Source: an uncultured Gammaproteobacteria bacterium (GTDB taxonomy: Bacteria > Cyanobacteriota > Vampirovibrionia > LMEP-6097). Taken from it: a stretch of 64,000 nt of DNA. Of the stretch, positions 38,213 to 47,536 are shown piece after piece. The notes beneath the pieces are model-generated. The model was given only the letters and a program-made list of their open reading frames with translations, made no database searches and was not told where the DNA came from. The first letter of the stretch is position 1, and each line of letters begins with the position of its first letter. The stretch is taken from positions 106,720 through 170,719 of the forward strand of contig CAZELI010000001.1 in assembly GCA_964512985.1 (NCBI GenBank), in the 5' to 3' direction. The position numbers were made by a program, and so were the translations under genes.

Positions 38213-38405
38213 TCCTTGCTTATTTAGCCAATCGCTAGTGGCGACTACAGAATGAGGTAATTTCTGTAAAATTTGGTTTATTTTAGTTAATTTAGGTCTA
38301 TGAATTATGGACTCCTATTCATTTTTTTAAACTATTTGGCTATTTATACTATACCACTATAGATATTGAATATGTCAAAAAAACTAGTCATAGAGCCAGA
38401 AAATA

Positions 38406-38424
38406 ATGGGGCAGCTGATGGGAG
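38406..38424. repeat. att-core direct repeat 2
   Basis: atggggcagctgatgggag. Confidence 0.75.
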
Positions 38425-38595
38425 TCCAGTCTTCGCAAATTGCTATGCAATTTGCTCGCCTACGACGGGTCACGCATTTGCGCTAAAAATTCAGGTTCTC
38501 TCACGACCGTCGTATCCACTCATGCCGTTAGACATGTGGCATACGTAGTTAAATCACATACACTTGTCTATTTCTATATACCTACGGTAATTAAA

Positions 38596-38672
38596 TGGGG
38601 CAGCTGATGGGAGTTGAACCCACGAATGCCGGTACCACAAACCGGAGCCTTAACCACTTGGCCACAGCTGCC
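38596..38672 (-). tRNA. tRNA-His (anticodon GTG) with encoded G-1 and CCA
   Basis: Reverse complement G-GCAGCTG...anticodon loop TTGTGGT...T-arm GTGGGTTCAACTCCCAT...CAGCTGC-C-CCA. Confidence 0.9.
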
Positions 38673-38754
38673 ATCGCAAAAAACATAGTAGCATAATTCG
38701 AGATTCAGTGCTGAAGGCTGAATGTTCAATGTTTTTTAAGGTTTGAAGTAGTAG

Positions 38755-40017
38755 CTAGTTGTAATCAAACCTCAATCTACGAACTTCTTTAAGCAGAGTT
38801 TCAATCTCATAAGGTTTAGGAATATAGACATCTGCACCTGAAGCCAGGAAGTTTTGGTAACCAGGGATTTCAGTAGCTACTAAGATCTTCATGCCTATTT
38901 CAGCCTTGTACTTATTAAGATCTTCGCATAAAGGGATGAAGTTTTGATGTCCAATATGACTGGCTTCTAAGATTACTATCCTGGGTTGGAACTCAGCTAC
39001 CTCATCAATAAGAGAGTCTAATCCCTGAGATATCATAGCTTCATTACCTTCAAGAGAAAGTGTCTCTTGCATTAACTCTGCAAAATCCACATCGTCTTCA
39101 AGTATCAATACTCGCTTGTTTTTAGAGCCAGGATCTTTTTTATTTTTGATAGCTTGTTCTATGATATCTGTTCCTGAAAGAAAGTTTCTATCTATTTTAG
39201 AGCAGTAGCCAATGTTTAATGCCAGTAAACCCTCTCTGCGTCTGACTTTGTTGGGGGCAGAGGAGATGATGTAACTATTAGTATAATCTGATTGATTGTA
39301 TAAGTCGCTAAGTGTTTTTTTAAAATTTACTTGAATGTTGTGAATGATAGTATCTAGAGAATTAGAGTCACTAATGATTAAGAAGCTATCTCTACCTAGA
39401 TAGCCAATGAAGTGTTCTGAGCTTGTGATTCCCTTAAGAGTATTCTGCATAACTTTGGCAGCGGTTCTTATTACATCATCACCCTTGGAGATGCCATACA
39501 TAGTGTTGTAACTCTGGAAATGTCTGATATCAACATGCACCACAACCCAATCACTGAGATGCTTACGGCAATGCTCGATAACAGTATAGGTTTTATTGAT
39601 ACTGGGAAGATTAGTTAATTGTGATAGTTCTAATACTTTCTTACGTCTTAGGATGGAGAAGAACTTAAGAAATAATTCTTCTGCACTTAAATCTTTACTT
39701 ATAACTTCATCTGCACCAAGCTTCAAATATTCAAAAATCTTTTCTTTGTTTTGAGTCTTAGTTATCACTAATTTGAATGGTTGACATGATCTAGAGCGAT
39801 ATGGCTCATCAGGATTGAAAGCTTCTTCCTCAATTAATAATATCTCTGGTCTAAATCTTCTTATGATTTCTTTGAAACCCGTAGTCTGAATGGTTTCTGC
39901 AAGTTCGATGTTTTCTTCATTGCAGAACTTTCTTAATTCTTCGTTGTAGACAATACTAGGCTCGTTACTCTTGCCTAAGACGTGTAGGATATGATCCTTA
40001 GGGATTAATCCCACCAT
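38755..40017 (-). CDS. REC - degenerate GGDEF - REC protein with Glu at both phospho-acceptor positions
   Basis: N-terminal REC LLIEEE (Asp to Glu). The GGDEF fold carries GRDSF instead of GG[DE]EF. The C-terminal REC has VILEASH, also Asp to Glu. Confidence 0.65.
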   Translation of the reverse strand: MVGLIPKDHILHVLGKSNEPSIVYNEELRKFCNEENIELAETIQTTGFKEIIRRFRPEILLIEEEAFNPDEPYRSRSCQPFKLVITKTQNKEKIFEYLKLGADEVISKDLSAEELFLKFFSILRRKKVLELSQLTNLPSINKTYTVIEHCRKHLSDWVVVHVDIRHFQSYNTMYGISKGDDVIRTAAKVMQNTLKGITSSEHFIGYLGRDSFLIISDSNSLDTIIHNIQVNFKKTLSDLYNQSDYTNSYIISSAPNKVRRREGLLALNIGYCSKIDRNFLSGTDIIEQAIKNKKDPGSKNKRVLILEDDVDFAELMQETLSLEGNEAMISQGLDSLIDEVAEFQPRIVILEASHIGHQNFIPLCEDLNKYKAEIGMKILVATEIPGYQNFLASGADVYIPKPYEIETLLKEVRRLRFDYN

Positions 40018-41111
40018 ATTTCACCACCCTTGTGAGCTTCCATTGGCAGATAGACAGAGAAGGTTGTTTTACCCTTAGTGCTGTTAAGTTTTAATTCTCC
40101 ACCTTGAATCTTAGTCAGAGAACGGCTTATATATAAGCCAAGTCCTGTACCTTCTGTAACTCTAGTGAGAGGGTTATCAAGTCTACTGAATTTAGTAAAG
40201 ATTTTTTGTTGGTTTTCTGGCTCAATCCCAATCCCATAGTCAGTTATATCTATGCGTACCATGTCTTGGTAATTAAGCTTATCAACTCTGATATTTATAT
40301 CTACAACCTTAGATTCGGGTGAATATTTAAAAGCATTGTCAATAAGATTAGTTAGAATCTGCTCTAAACGATCTTTGTCAACCCAAACTTCTGGTAAGTC
40401 TTTAGGACAATCTATCTTCACTTCATGTGAGAACTTATGCTTAGATCCTACTACTTCTGAAACGTAATCAACGATTGGTAATAGTTTAACTGGGTGAATC
40501 GTTAACTGTAACTTCTTGCTTTCTAAACGTGATACCGCAAGTAAGTCTTCTACTAGCCTTGATAACCTATCAGCTTGATTCTGAATAATACGGATATATT
40601 TATCGCGTTTCTCTTTGTCTATTTCTTTTTTGCTGCTAAGCAACGTAGAGGCAAAGCCTTTGATACTAGTAATCGGTGTTCTTAATTCATGCGAAACAGT
40701 ACTGATAAACTCTGATTGAGCGCGGTCTAAGTTCTTATTATAATTCTCTATAATAAAGAATAATAAATGGCCTTCGAGTTTTCCTTCGGGACTGACGATT
40801 CCAGTCTGACGAACTTGCAGCTTAATTTGTTTGCCATCTTTTGTGAATAAGGATGCTACATGCTCTGTTACTACTGTTGGATCTTCTACTAATCTAGTAT
40901 CTTGTAGTTGATATGCTTCGGCGCTATCTTTGCCAATCATTTCCGCTTCATGCCAACCAGTAGCATCCTGCATTTTATTACTGAAGTGAGTAATTTTATT
41001 ATTGAGGTTACAAGCAATGAAACCATTCATTGTTGCTCTAGCAATGCTATTGATAACCTCTTCGGGATTATTTACTTCTGTTTCGGAGAATTGATTCATA
41101 GTCGTAGTCAC
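40005..41111 (-). CDS. cytoplasmic PAS sensor histidine kinase
   Basis: PAS domain, H-box HELRTPITSIKGF, and HATPase_c G-boxes (GTGLGL). No TM segments. Confidence 0.85.
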   Translation of the reverse strand: MTTTMNQFSETEVNNPEEVINSIARATMNGFIACNLNNKITHFSNKMQDATGWHEAEMIGKDSAEAYQLQDTRLVEDPTVVTEHVASLFTKDGKQIKLQVRQTGIVSPEGKLEGHLLFFIIENYNKNLDRAQSEFISTVSHELRTPITSIKGFASTLLSSKKEIDKEKRDKYIRIIQNQADRLSRLVEDLLAVSRLESKKLQLTIHPVKLLPIVDYVSEVVGSKHKFSHEVKIDCPKDLPEVWVDKDRLEQILTNLIDNAFKYSPESKVVDINIRVDKLNYQDMVRIDITDYGIGIEPENQQKIFTKFSRLDNPLTRVTEGTGLGLYISRSLTKIQGGELKLNSTKGKTTFSVYLPMEAHKGGEIWWD

Positions 41112-41138
41112 AATGCGAGTATTATAGCGTATCGAGTA

Positions 41139-42893
41139 TCATTTCTCTATCAAATAATTATTTATCGCTAGTGCATCCAGTCCACTCTTATAGAAAGTAT
41201 TCATAGCATCCGATGCAGTTCTGACTATTGGTTCACCACGAAGGTTATAAGAAGTGTTAATAAGTACGGGAATGCCAGAAAGCTTCTCGTAGGCTTTCAA
41301 CAGATCATAGAACTTCGCATTAGTCTCTCTGTTGACCGTTTGGGCTCTTCCAGAGCCGTCTACGTGTGTTATAGCTTCTAATAGTTTCCCTTGTTTCACG
41401 GGGCAAGTAGCCAGCATATACTTATACATAGACGTTTTCGTTTTATGCTCTAGATCAAAGTATTGATCAGCAGCTTCTTCTATTACCGCAGGTGCAAAAG
41501 GTCTAAAAGCTTCTCTAAATTTAATCTTAAGATTAACAGTATCTCGCATCTCAGCTTTAGCAGCTGAAGCAATAATGCTTCGTGTTCCGAGCGAGCGAGG
41601 TCCCCATTCAAATCTACCTTGACACCAACCTATAACTTTCTCAGAGTTGAGAATCTCAGCTAACTTGGTTACTAACTCTTCAAAGCTGTTAAACCTAGTT
41701 ACTTTAGTAAGACCGCGAGCTTTAATCTCTTGCTTTACTTCTTCGTCACTAATTTCCGTGCCCCAATATGGATGGGAGAAACCAGAATCAACCTTAGGAT
41801 TATTCAGAAGGATATTATAAGCATAGAAAGCCGCTCCTAGTGCGCTTCCTGAGTCTCCAGCCGCAGGCTGCACAAACACATCTTCATAATCTAATTCTCT
41901 CAGGATTCTGGCGTTAGCTACACAGTTAAGTGCTACTCCTCCTGAGAAACATAAATTCTTAGAACCAGTAAGCTCTTGAGCTCTGCGAGCTAAAGCTAAG
42001 ACCGCATCTTCAGTAATCACTTGTAAGCTTCTTGCTATATCTGCATAATGTTGATCACGCTCGGTGTTCTCAGGATCTACGAAGAACCTATCCCCGCGCT
42101 CACGTGGCTTACCTAAGAGCTTCTCTAATTCTTGAGTGTAACTCTTAGCTGGATCATATAAATAAGCATAGAATTTTTCTACATTGTAAAAGCTAGCATC
42201 ATCATTCAGCTTAAACATTTGCTTGATTTGTTCTACATACTTAGGCTGACCATAAGAAGCCATGCCCATGACCTTATACTCACCTTCATTTACTTCAAAT
42301 CCTAGAAACGCAGTTAGTGTCGAATACAGTAAACCAATAGAATTAGGGAACCTAATCTCTTCTAGTAGTTTGATTTGATTACCCTTGGCATGTCCAATAG
42401 TAGTAGTAGCCCACTCACCTACTCCATCTATAGTGAGTATTGCTGCTTCATTATACTCAGAACAGAAATATGAACTACATGCATGTGATAAATGGTGCTG
42501 CGAGAAAACAATCTTTTCAGGGCTAATGCCAGAAAGCTCTGCCAGCTTGCCTTTCATCCAGAGTTTATCTGAGAACCAGGTGATCATGGATTTCACGAAG
42601 AACCAAAACGTTTTAGGAAAATATTTAAGACAACTAAGTAAAATACGTTCGAATTTTAATATAGGCTTCTCGTAAAATACTAAATAATCAATATCGTTAA
42701 TAGTTAATGGTTGACCTAGCTCTTTAGATCCCTGTTCTAAACAAAACTCTAGTGCTTGTTGCGGAAACTCAGAATCATTCTTGATTCGACTAAATCTTTC
42801 TTCTTGAGCGCACGCGATAATCTTGCCGTCAATAATTAAGGCTGCCGCTGAGTCGTGATAAAAAGCTGAAATACCAATAATTTTAACTGTCAT
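41139..42893 (-). CDS. carbamoyltransferase (NodU/CmcH/SxtI family)
   Basis: N-terminal ISAFYHDSAAALI...ACAQEERFSRIKND and a ~580-aa length. Confidence 0.85.
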   Translation of the reverse strand: MTVKIIGISAFYHDSAAALIIDGKIIACAQEERFSRIKNDSEFPQQALEFCLEQGSKELGQPLTINDIDYLVFYEKPILKFERILLSCLKYFPKTFWFFVKSMITWFSDKLWMKGKLAELSGISPEKIVFSQHHLSHACSSYFCSEYNEAAILTIDGVGEWATTTIGHAKGNQIKLLEEIRFPNSIGLLYSTLTAFLGFEVNEGEYKVMGMASYGQPKYVEQIKQMFKLNDDASFYNVEKFYAYLYDPAKSYTQELEKLLGKPRERGDRFFVDPENTERDQHYADIARSLQVITEDAVLALARRAQELTGSKNLCFSGGVALNCVANARILRELDYEDVFVQPAAGDSGSALGAAFYAYNILLNNPKVDSGFSHPYWGTEISDEEVKQEIKARGLTKVTRFNSFEELVTKLAEILNSEKVIGWCQGRFEWGPRSLGTRSIIASAAKAEMRDTVNLKIKFREAFRPFAPAVIEEAADQYFDLEHKTKTSMYKYMLATCPVKQGKLLEAITHVDGSGRAQTVNRETNAKFYDLLKAYEKLSGIPVLINTSYNLRGEPIVRTASDAMNTFYKSGLDALAINNYLIEK

Positions 42894-43094
42894 TTAGTAC
42901 ATATCCTTAGCCTGTGATTCATTGACTGGTTTCCAGCCTGCAAGAAAGGTTTCTTTATCTGTAATATTGAATATAATTGCAAACGGAACTAAAATCGTGA
43001 AATAAAAAATCAACAAAATAAACTGAAAAGCAGTGCGCAATACTCTATCAGCAAATGCTTTCCAAAGTTTCCAGATTTTTTTTAATAAGGTCAT
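42894..43094 (-). CDS. small membrane protein coupled to the carbamoyltransferase (SxtJ-like position)
   Basis: Its stop abuts the carbamoyltransferase start. One TM. Confidence 0.4.
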   Translation of the reverse strand: MTLLKKIWKLWKAFADRVLRTAFQFILLIFYFTILVPFAIIFNITDKETFLAGWKPVNESQAKDMY

Positions 43095-43268
43095 TGTTGT
43101 AAGTGTTCACCTAATCATATAATATTTCCTAATTCCCCTTTAATCCCATACTATTTTGTAATAAATAGATTTCTATTAAAGTCCTTGAACCAGGATGGGA
43201 TAGGGTTCCGCCCTTGGGACGGAGTCGTTTCTCCATTTTTCCTTGAAATACCAGTATAATGCGTTTAG

Positions 43269-44753
43269 GTGGCTCTGGACAAGGATAAAGATAAAACCAT
43301 AAAATTCTATTTATCGTTATTAATAGCGATATTAGGTTTTGTTGCGGTTATGAGATATTCTTTAGTGCATCTTAATAAATTAAAGGTTGAATATCATCCA
43401 CCTAATCTTAGTCTCGCTAAAGTTTTTACTAACAACATGCTACTTCAAAGAAATAGAAACATTGTGATTTGGGGTAAGGCTCATAATGGTAAAGAAATAA
43501 AAATAGAATTCAAAGATAAACACTATAAGGGTAGCTCTGATAAAAATGATAATTGGAAGATTGGCTTAGGTAAACATGAAGCTGGAGGCCCTTATGAAAT
43601 TAAAATTAAATCTGATAAAGAGGAAATTGTTTTAGGGAATGTCCTCATTGGTGATCAATGGTTAGTACTTGGTGAATCCATTATTAATTTCCCGCTTAGT
43701 CAAACTAGTGATTTCACGAAGGAGATTGTAGCTGTAGAAAAGCTATCTAAACCTCTCAGGTATTATAATGCTGATCTCTTACCGAAGGGTGAGAGCTTTA
43801 AAGAGTTAAATCAAGAAGCTTTATGGCAAGTAGTGAAACCTGAGACTGTTACTAATTTACCAGCAGTGCCTTATTACTTCGCTAAAGCATTGAGTAGGAA
43901 TGCTTCTGTACCTGTTGGCATAATCAAAGTAGCTGAAGATTATACTGCTATAGAAACTTTCTTAAGTCCTGAAGCTTTGTCGCTATTCCCTGAGTTTGAG
44001 GCTATGGTAGCGGATGCTGCTGGTGCTGAGGCTGAGAAAGAAGCAGATGCTGACGATATAAAAATGGAACACCATTATAAAGCTTTGTTTGATACTACGC
44101 TGAACAATTCTTCTCAAATGCTTAAACTCACATTAGATAAAATTACGGAAGGTGATCTAACTCTATTTATCAATGAAGAGTTGATTGGCAAGATTAATGC
44201 GACTGATAATTTGCGTGCATTTAATATACCTGCCTCTTTACTTAAGTCTAAATACAATAAAATAGAACTTAGAGTAACTAATGTTAATGATATGGTTCAA
44301 CTCTCGCGTGATCATATGAATCTTAGGGTTTACTTGAGTGCTGGAATTAAGTCAGAGACTGTGCTTAAGCCTGGATATCTGTGGCATTATACTAAGTTTC
44401 CTGATATTACAGTTCCAGGTTTGATTTTTAAAGAAATGATTCAGCCTTTGCTTGGTTTGAAATTTAAAGGAATAATGATTTACCAGGGTGATAGTGATCT
44501 AGATGATCCAACTCAGTATAGAAGTTTATTAACAGCCTTGATTAAGGATTTACAAACTCATTTTATTGATACTAACTTTATATTTCTTGGCTTGAGAAAT
44601 ATAAATAGCTATAATCCTGACTTCGTGAATGCGAGTAATTTAAAAGCAATCCAGCGAGATGTTATAGATAGCTTCATAGATATTAAGTTTGTTGAGACTA
44701 GTGATTTAGAGTTTAAGACTAGTGCTGAAGCGATTGCTGCTCGGTGTCTATAG
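43269..44753 (+). CDS. membrane-anchored sialate-O-acetylesterase-like (DUF303/SIAE family) protein
   Basis: VFTNNMLLQRNRNIVIWG...EAGGPYEIKI...VLIGDQWLVLGESII matches the SIAE N-terminal pattern. It has GESII in place of GQSNM. Confidence 0.55.
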   Translation: MALDKDKDKTIKFYLSLLIAILGFVAVMRYSLVHLNKLKVEYHPPNLSLAKVFTNNMLLQRNRNIVIWGKAHNGKEIKIEFKDKHYKGSSDKNDNWKIGLGKHEAGGPYEIKIKSDKEEIVLGNVLIGDQWLVLGESIINFPLSQTSDFTKEIVAVEKLSKPLRYYNADLLPKGESFKELNQEALWQVVKPETVTNLPAVPYYFAKALSRNASVPVGIIKVAEDYTAIETFLSPEALSLFPEFEAMVADAAGAEAEKEADADDIKMEHHYKALFDTTLNNSSQMLKLTLDKITEGDLTLFINEELIGKINATDNLRAFNIPASLLKSKYNKIELRVTNVNDMVQLSRDHMNLRVYLSAGIKSETVLKPGYLWHYTKFPDITVPGLIFKEMIQPLLGLKFKGIMIYQGDSDLDDPTQYRSLLTALIKDLQTHFIDTNFIFLGLRNINSYNPDFVNASNLKAIQRDVIDSFIDIKFVETSDLEFKTSAEAIAARCL

Positions 44754-45720
44754 GTGCTTCTGCTTTAATTAATGGTGCAAGGATATCAACCATATTGCCG
44801 TAGTATTTAGGCTTGTTATGTGCGTCGTACTTGCTGACTGGAATCTCCATCTCTGGGATTCCGTTGTAGATCTGTGTTGCATCGGCATAAGCGATATTAG
44901 CAGCTTGGAGTGAAGCTAGGAATTTATCGTGAACATTTACATATTGTTTACGTTCCTTCTCAGAATAACTAATAGGAGTAATTAATAAATAAAATTTAGC
45001 GTTTTGTTTAGCAGCCATATCATTAAGAGACTTAAGAGCTTCTATATGTTTCTGGAAGTATACATCATTCTGGTAGAAGTCCATATGCCATTCTGTGTAA
45101 GTCTTTCCATCCATTTTAAAGCCCTTGTCCTTAGAAACATTTTTAACCCAATCATATAGATATGAGCTTTTAGACAAAGCAACATCTACTGGATTAGGTT
45201 TGACCTCGTTGTAATGAGACATTTTATATTGCATATAAGCTTGTCCAATCTCAGGTATATGTTTGATAGCATTCCAAGCATAATAAACCACTACGTAATC
45301 AAACTCTAAACCCGCTTGAATAGCATTATTGAGAAGTACAGCTGCAGTACTGATAGTATCCATAGTCATGGTCCCGAAATTAATTACTTCATATTTAGTC
45401 GTAGAATTTTCGTTGAGCTTTCTTTCTAGTCTTTCGGTAAGTCTTTCTTCTAAGTTTGTAACGCCCTGACCATATACATTAGAAGGTCCAATTACTAGAA
45501 CTCTTTTAGTAGTAGGGTCATTTTTCTTGATAGATCTTTCTATATCTCTAAAGCCCCAGCTATTAAGCTTCACATTATTGTTTGACCACTTTACGTAAGA
45601 CAAGGAGCCAGTGTTACCCAGAACTTTAGGATTAGCGAACCTATAGTACAATTCCGCACCTATGACAATTAATAAAACTGTTAATGCAAATACGCCTAGA
45701 TTCTTTTTAAGGTTGTCCAT
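44719..45720 (-). CDS. SGNH/GDSL-family hydrolase or acyltransferase (AlgJ/DltD-like), TM-anchored
   Basis: VLVIGPSNVYG block I and DAHN block V. Confidence 0.6.
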   Translation of the reverse strand: MDNLKKNLGVFALTVLLIVIGAELYYRFANPKVLGNTGSLSYVKWSNNNVKLNSWGFRDIERSIKKNDPTTKRVLVIGPSNVYGQGVTNLEERLTERLERKLNENSTTKYEVINFGTMTMDTISTAAVLLNNAIQAGLEFDYVVVYYAWNAIKHIPEIGQAYMQYKMSHYNEVKPNPVDVALSKSSYLYDWVKNVSKDKGFKMDGKTYTEWHMDFYQNDVYFQKHIEALKSLNDMAAKQNAKFYLLITPISYSEKERKQYVNVHDKFLASLQAANIAYADATQIYNGIPEMEIPVSKYDAHNKPKYYGNMVDILAPLIKAEAPIDTEQQSLQH

Positions 45721-45758
45721 TATTTAATCAATATAGCAAGAATCCAATAGAGAGGATT

Positions 45759-45971
45759 TTAAAATAGTGCATAAACAAATGGCATTGTTGTAGTAACAGT
45801 ATTCACCACTACTAGGAAAATTCCACAAAGTACTAAGGCTAGTATCATCGGTGCTAGCCACCAGAATTTAGATTTAGAGATATAGATAAATAATTCATAG
45901 AGAGTTTTCAGGCCAGAAATTAGACCCTTATATAATTTAGAACAAGTATTACCGATAGCTTTAAACATCAT
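45759..45971 (-). CDS. DUF5989/SxtK-like small membrane protein
   Basis: KFWWLAPMILALVLCGIFLVV...MPFVYALF matches the conserved ...WLLPII...PFIYTLF pattern. Confidence 0.5.
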   Translation of the reverse strand: MMFKAIGNTCSKLYKGLISGLKTLYELFIYISKSKFWWLAPMILALVLCGIFLVVVNTVTTTMPFVYALF

Positions 45972-46115
45972 TTCTATTATATCTTGAGGTATTAGACTTG
46001 TTCAGAAATCGTCCAGAACAAGGCATGCGAGTCCCGAGCCACCGGAGTTTACTAAACGTAAATGAGGATGGCGAGGGACGAGCATAACACAGTTATGGGC
46101 GATTTATGGACAAGT

Positions 46116-47528
46116 CTAGAAATCAAAATATATAAACCTAACTTCCTGCTTCACTCCCATCACTAATATGAGAACAGAAGCAAGTAATAAGAAAGCTAGT
46201 TTAAACTCTAGCCTCCAAGTGCTAATAGTATTCTTGAGATTGAATTTTCTGTTTAAGAGGTGTAAGCCTAAGGCTATAGATAGAATAATAATGCTTTGTT
46301 TCATAAATGAATCTATTGCCATGAAGTCTAAACTAGTTAAATCCATTAGCTTAGCAATATAGTCCATGGCTACTTCGATGTTTGCTGCTCTAAAAAATAC
46401 CCATGCCAAACAAACTAAATGAAAACAAATAATTTGGCGCATAAATATTCTTGGTGAGAATGTGGTTTTATCTTCGATAAGTTTAAGCCCAAAATGCTCA
46501 TGCAAAAGCTTTTCAATACTAAGGTAAAGCCCATGCAGACCACCCCAAACTACAAAGGTCCAATTAGCTCCATGCCATAAACCACCGAGTAACATTGTGA
46601 GCATTAGATTAATAAAAGTTCCAATCTCACCTTTACGATTACCACCTAGAGGGATATAAAGATAGTCTTTTAGCCAGCTAGATAGTGTAATATGCCACCT
46701 GCGCCAAAACTCAGTTATAGACTGTGATAGGTAAGGTCCGTTAAAGTTATCAGGAAGCTCAATCCCAAACATAATCGCAAGCCCCAGTGCCATATCTACG
46801 TAACCAGAGAAGTCACAATATATTTGAACTGCAAAAGCATAAATTCCAATCCAAGCATTGAGTGAACTTAAACCACCTATATTATTAAAAGCTCCATCGA
46901 CAAATATAGCTAAATTATCTGCGATAAGTAGTTTCTTGCATAAGCCCCAGGTAAATAAATATAATCCAGAGTTAATTGATTTGAAGTTAGCTTTAATCGG
47001 GTGCATGACATGTGACCAGTCAGTTTTAATTCTTAGAATTGGACCAGCAATCAAGTGTGGGAAAAAACTTACAAAAAACAAGAAGTCTTGAAACCTAGGT
47101 GGGAAGGGGTTTTGGCGCTTATAAGTATCTACTAAGCAGGCAATCGCTTCAAAGGTATAGAAAGAAATACCAAGAGGTAAAGCCCATTTGAAATCAGCAG
47201 GTAATGTGTAACCAAAAGCGCCGGCAACAAAGTGTAGATATTTGAAGCCAAATAGAAGTAGTAAATTAAAGACCAGAGATATTATAAGTAAGTTTTTAGC
47301 TTGGGGATCGTCGCCTAGAGTATTTCTCAGGACATATATGCGTTTCAAGAATAAATAATTAATGGATACTGTCACTAGGAGCATTATTAGATAAGGGGGA
47401 TACCAAAAAGAATAGAAAACAAGACTTGCAATTAAGAGAATGATCTTGGTCCATTTCGATGGACTGAGTGCTGTTACTGCAAGTAAGCAGATAAAAAATA
47501 CAAAAAAACTTGATGAATTAAATAACAT
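46116..47528 (-). CDS. MBOAT-family membrane O-acyltransferase (AlgI/DltB/PatA-like)
   Basis: WRRWHITLSSWLKDYLYIPLGG with the catalytic His. Confidence 0.85.
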   Translation of the reverse strand: MLFNSSSFFVFFICLLAVTALSPSKWTKIILLIASLVFYSFWYPPYLIMLLVTVSINYLFLKRIYVLRNTLGDDPQAKNLLIISLVFNLLLLFGFKYLHFVAGAFGYTLPADFKWALPLGISFYTFEAIACLVDTYKRQNPFPPRFQDFLFFVSFFPHLIAGPILRIKTDWSHVMHPIKANFKSINSGLYLFTWGLCKKLLIADNLAIFVDGAFNNIGGLSSLNAWIGIYAFAVQIYCDFSGYVDMALGLAIMFGIELPDNFNGPYLSQSITEFWRRWHITLSSWLKDYLYIPLGGNRKGEIGTFINLMLTMLLGGLWHGANWTFVVWGGLHGLYLSIEKLLHEHFGLKLIEDKTTFSPRIFMRQIICFHLVCLAWVFFRAANIEVAMDYIAKLMDLTSLDFMAIDSFMKQSIIILSIALGLHLLNRKFNLKNTISTWRLEFKLAFLLLASVLILVMGVKQEVRFIYFDF

Positions 47529-47536
47529 ATTATTCT

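Noticed and set aside
38366-38548. 60-aa ORF between att repeat 2 and tRNA-His
   Set aside because: Its N-terminus (…NNGAADGS) is encoded by the att-core repeat. It is a by-product of the integration scar, not a gene. The segment does contain a perfect gcaaattgc-tat-gcaatttgc palindrome that might be a relic operator.
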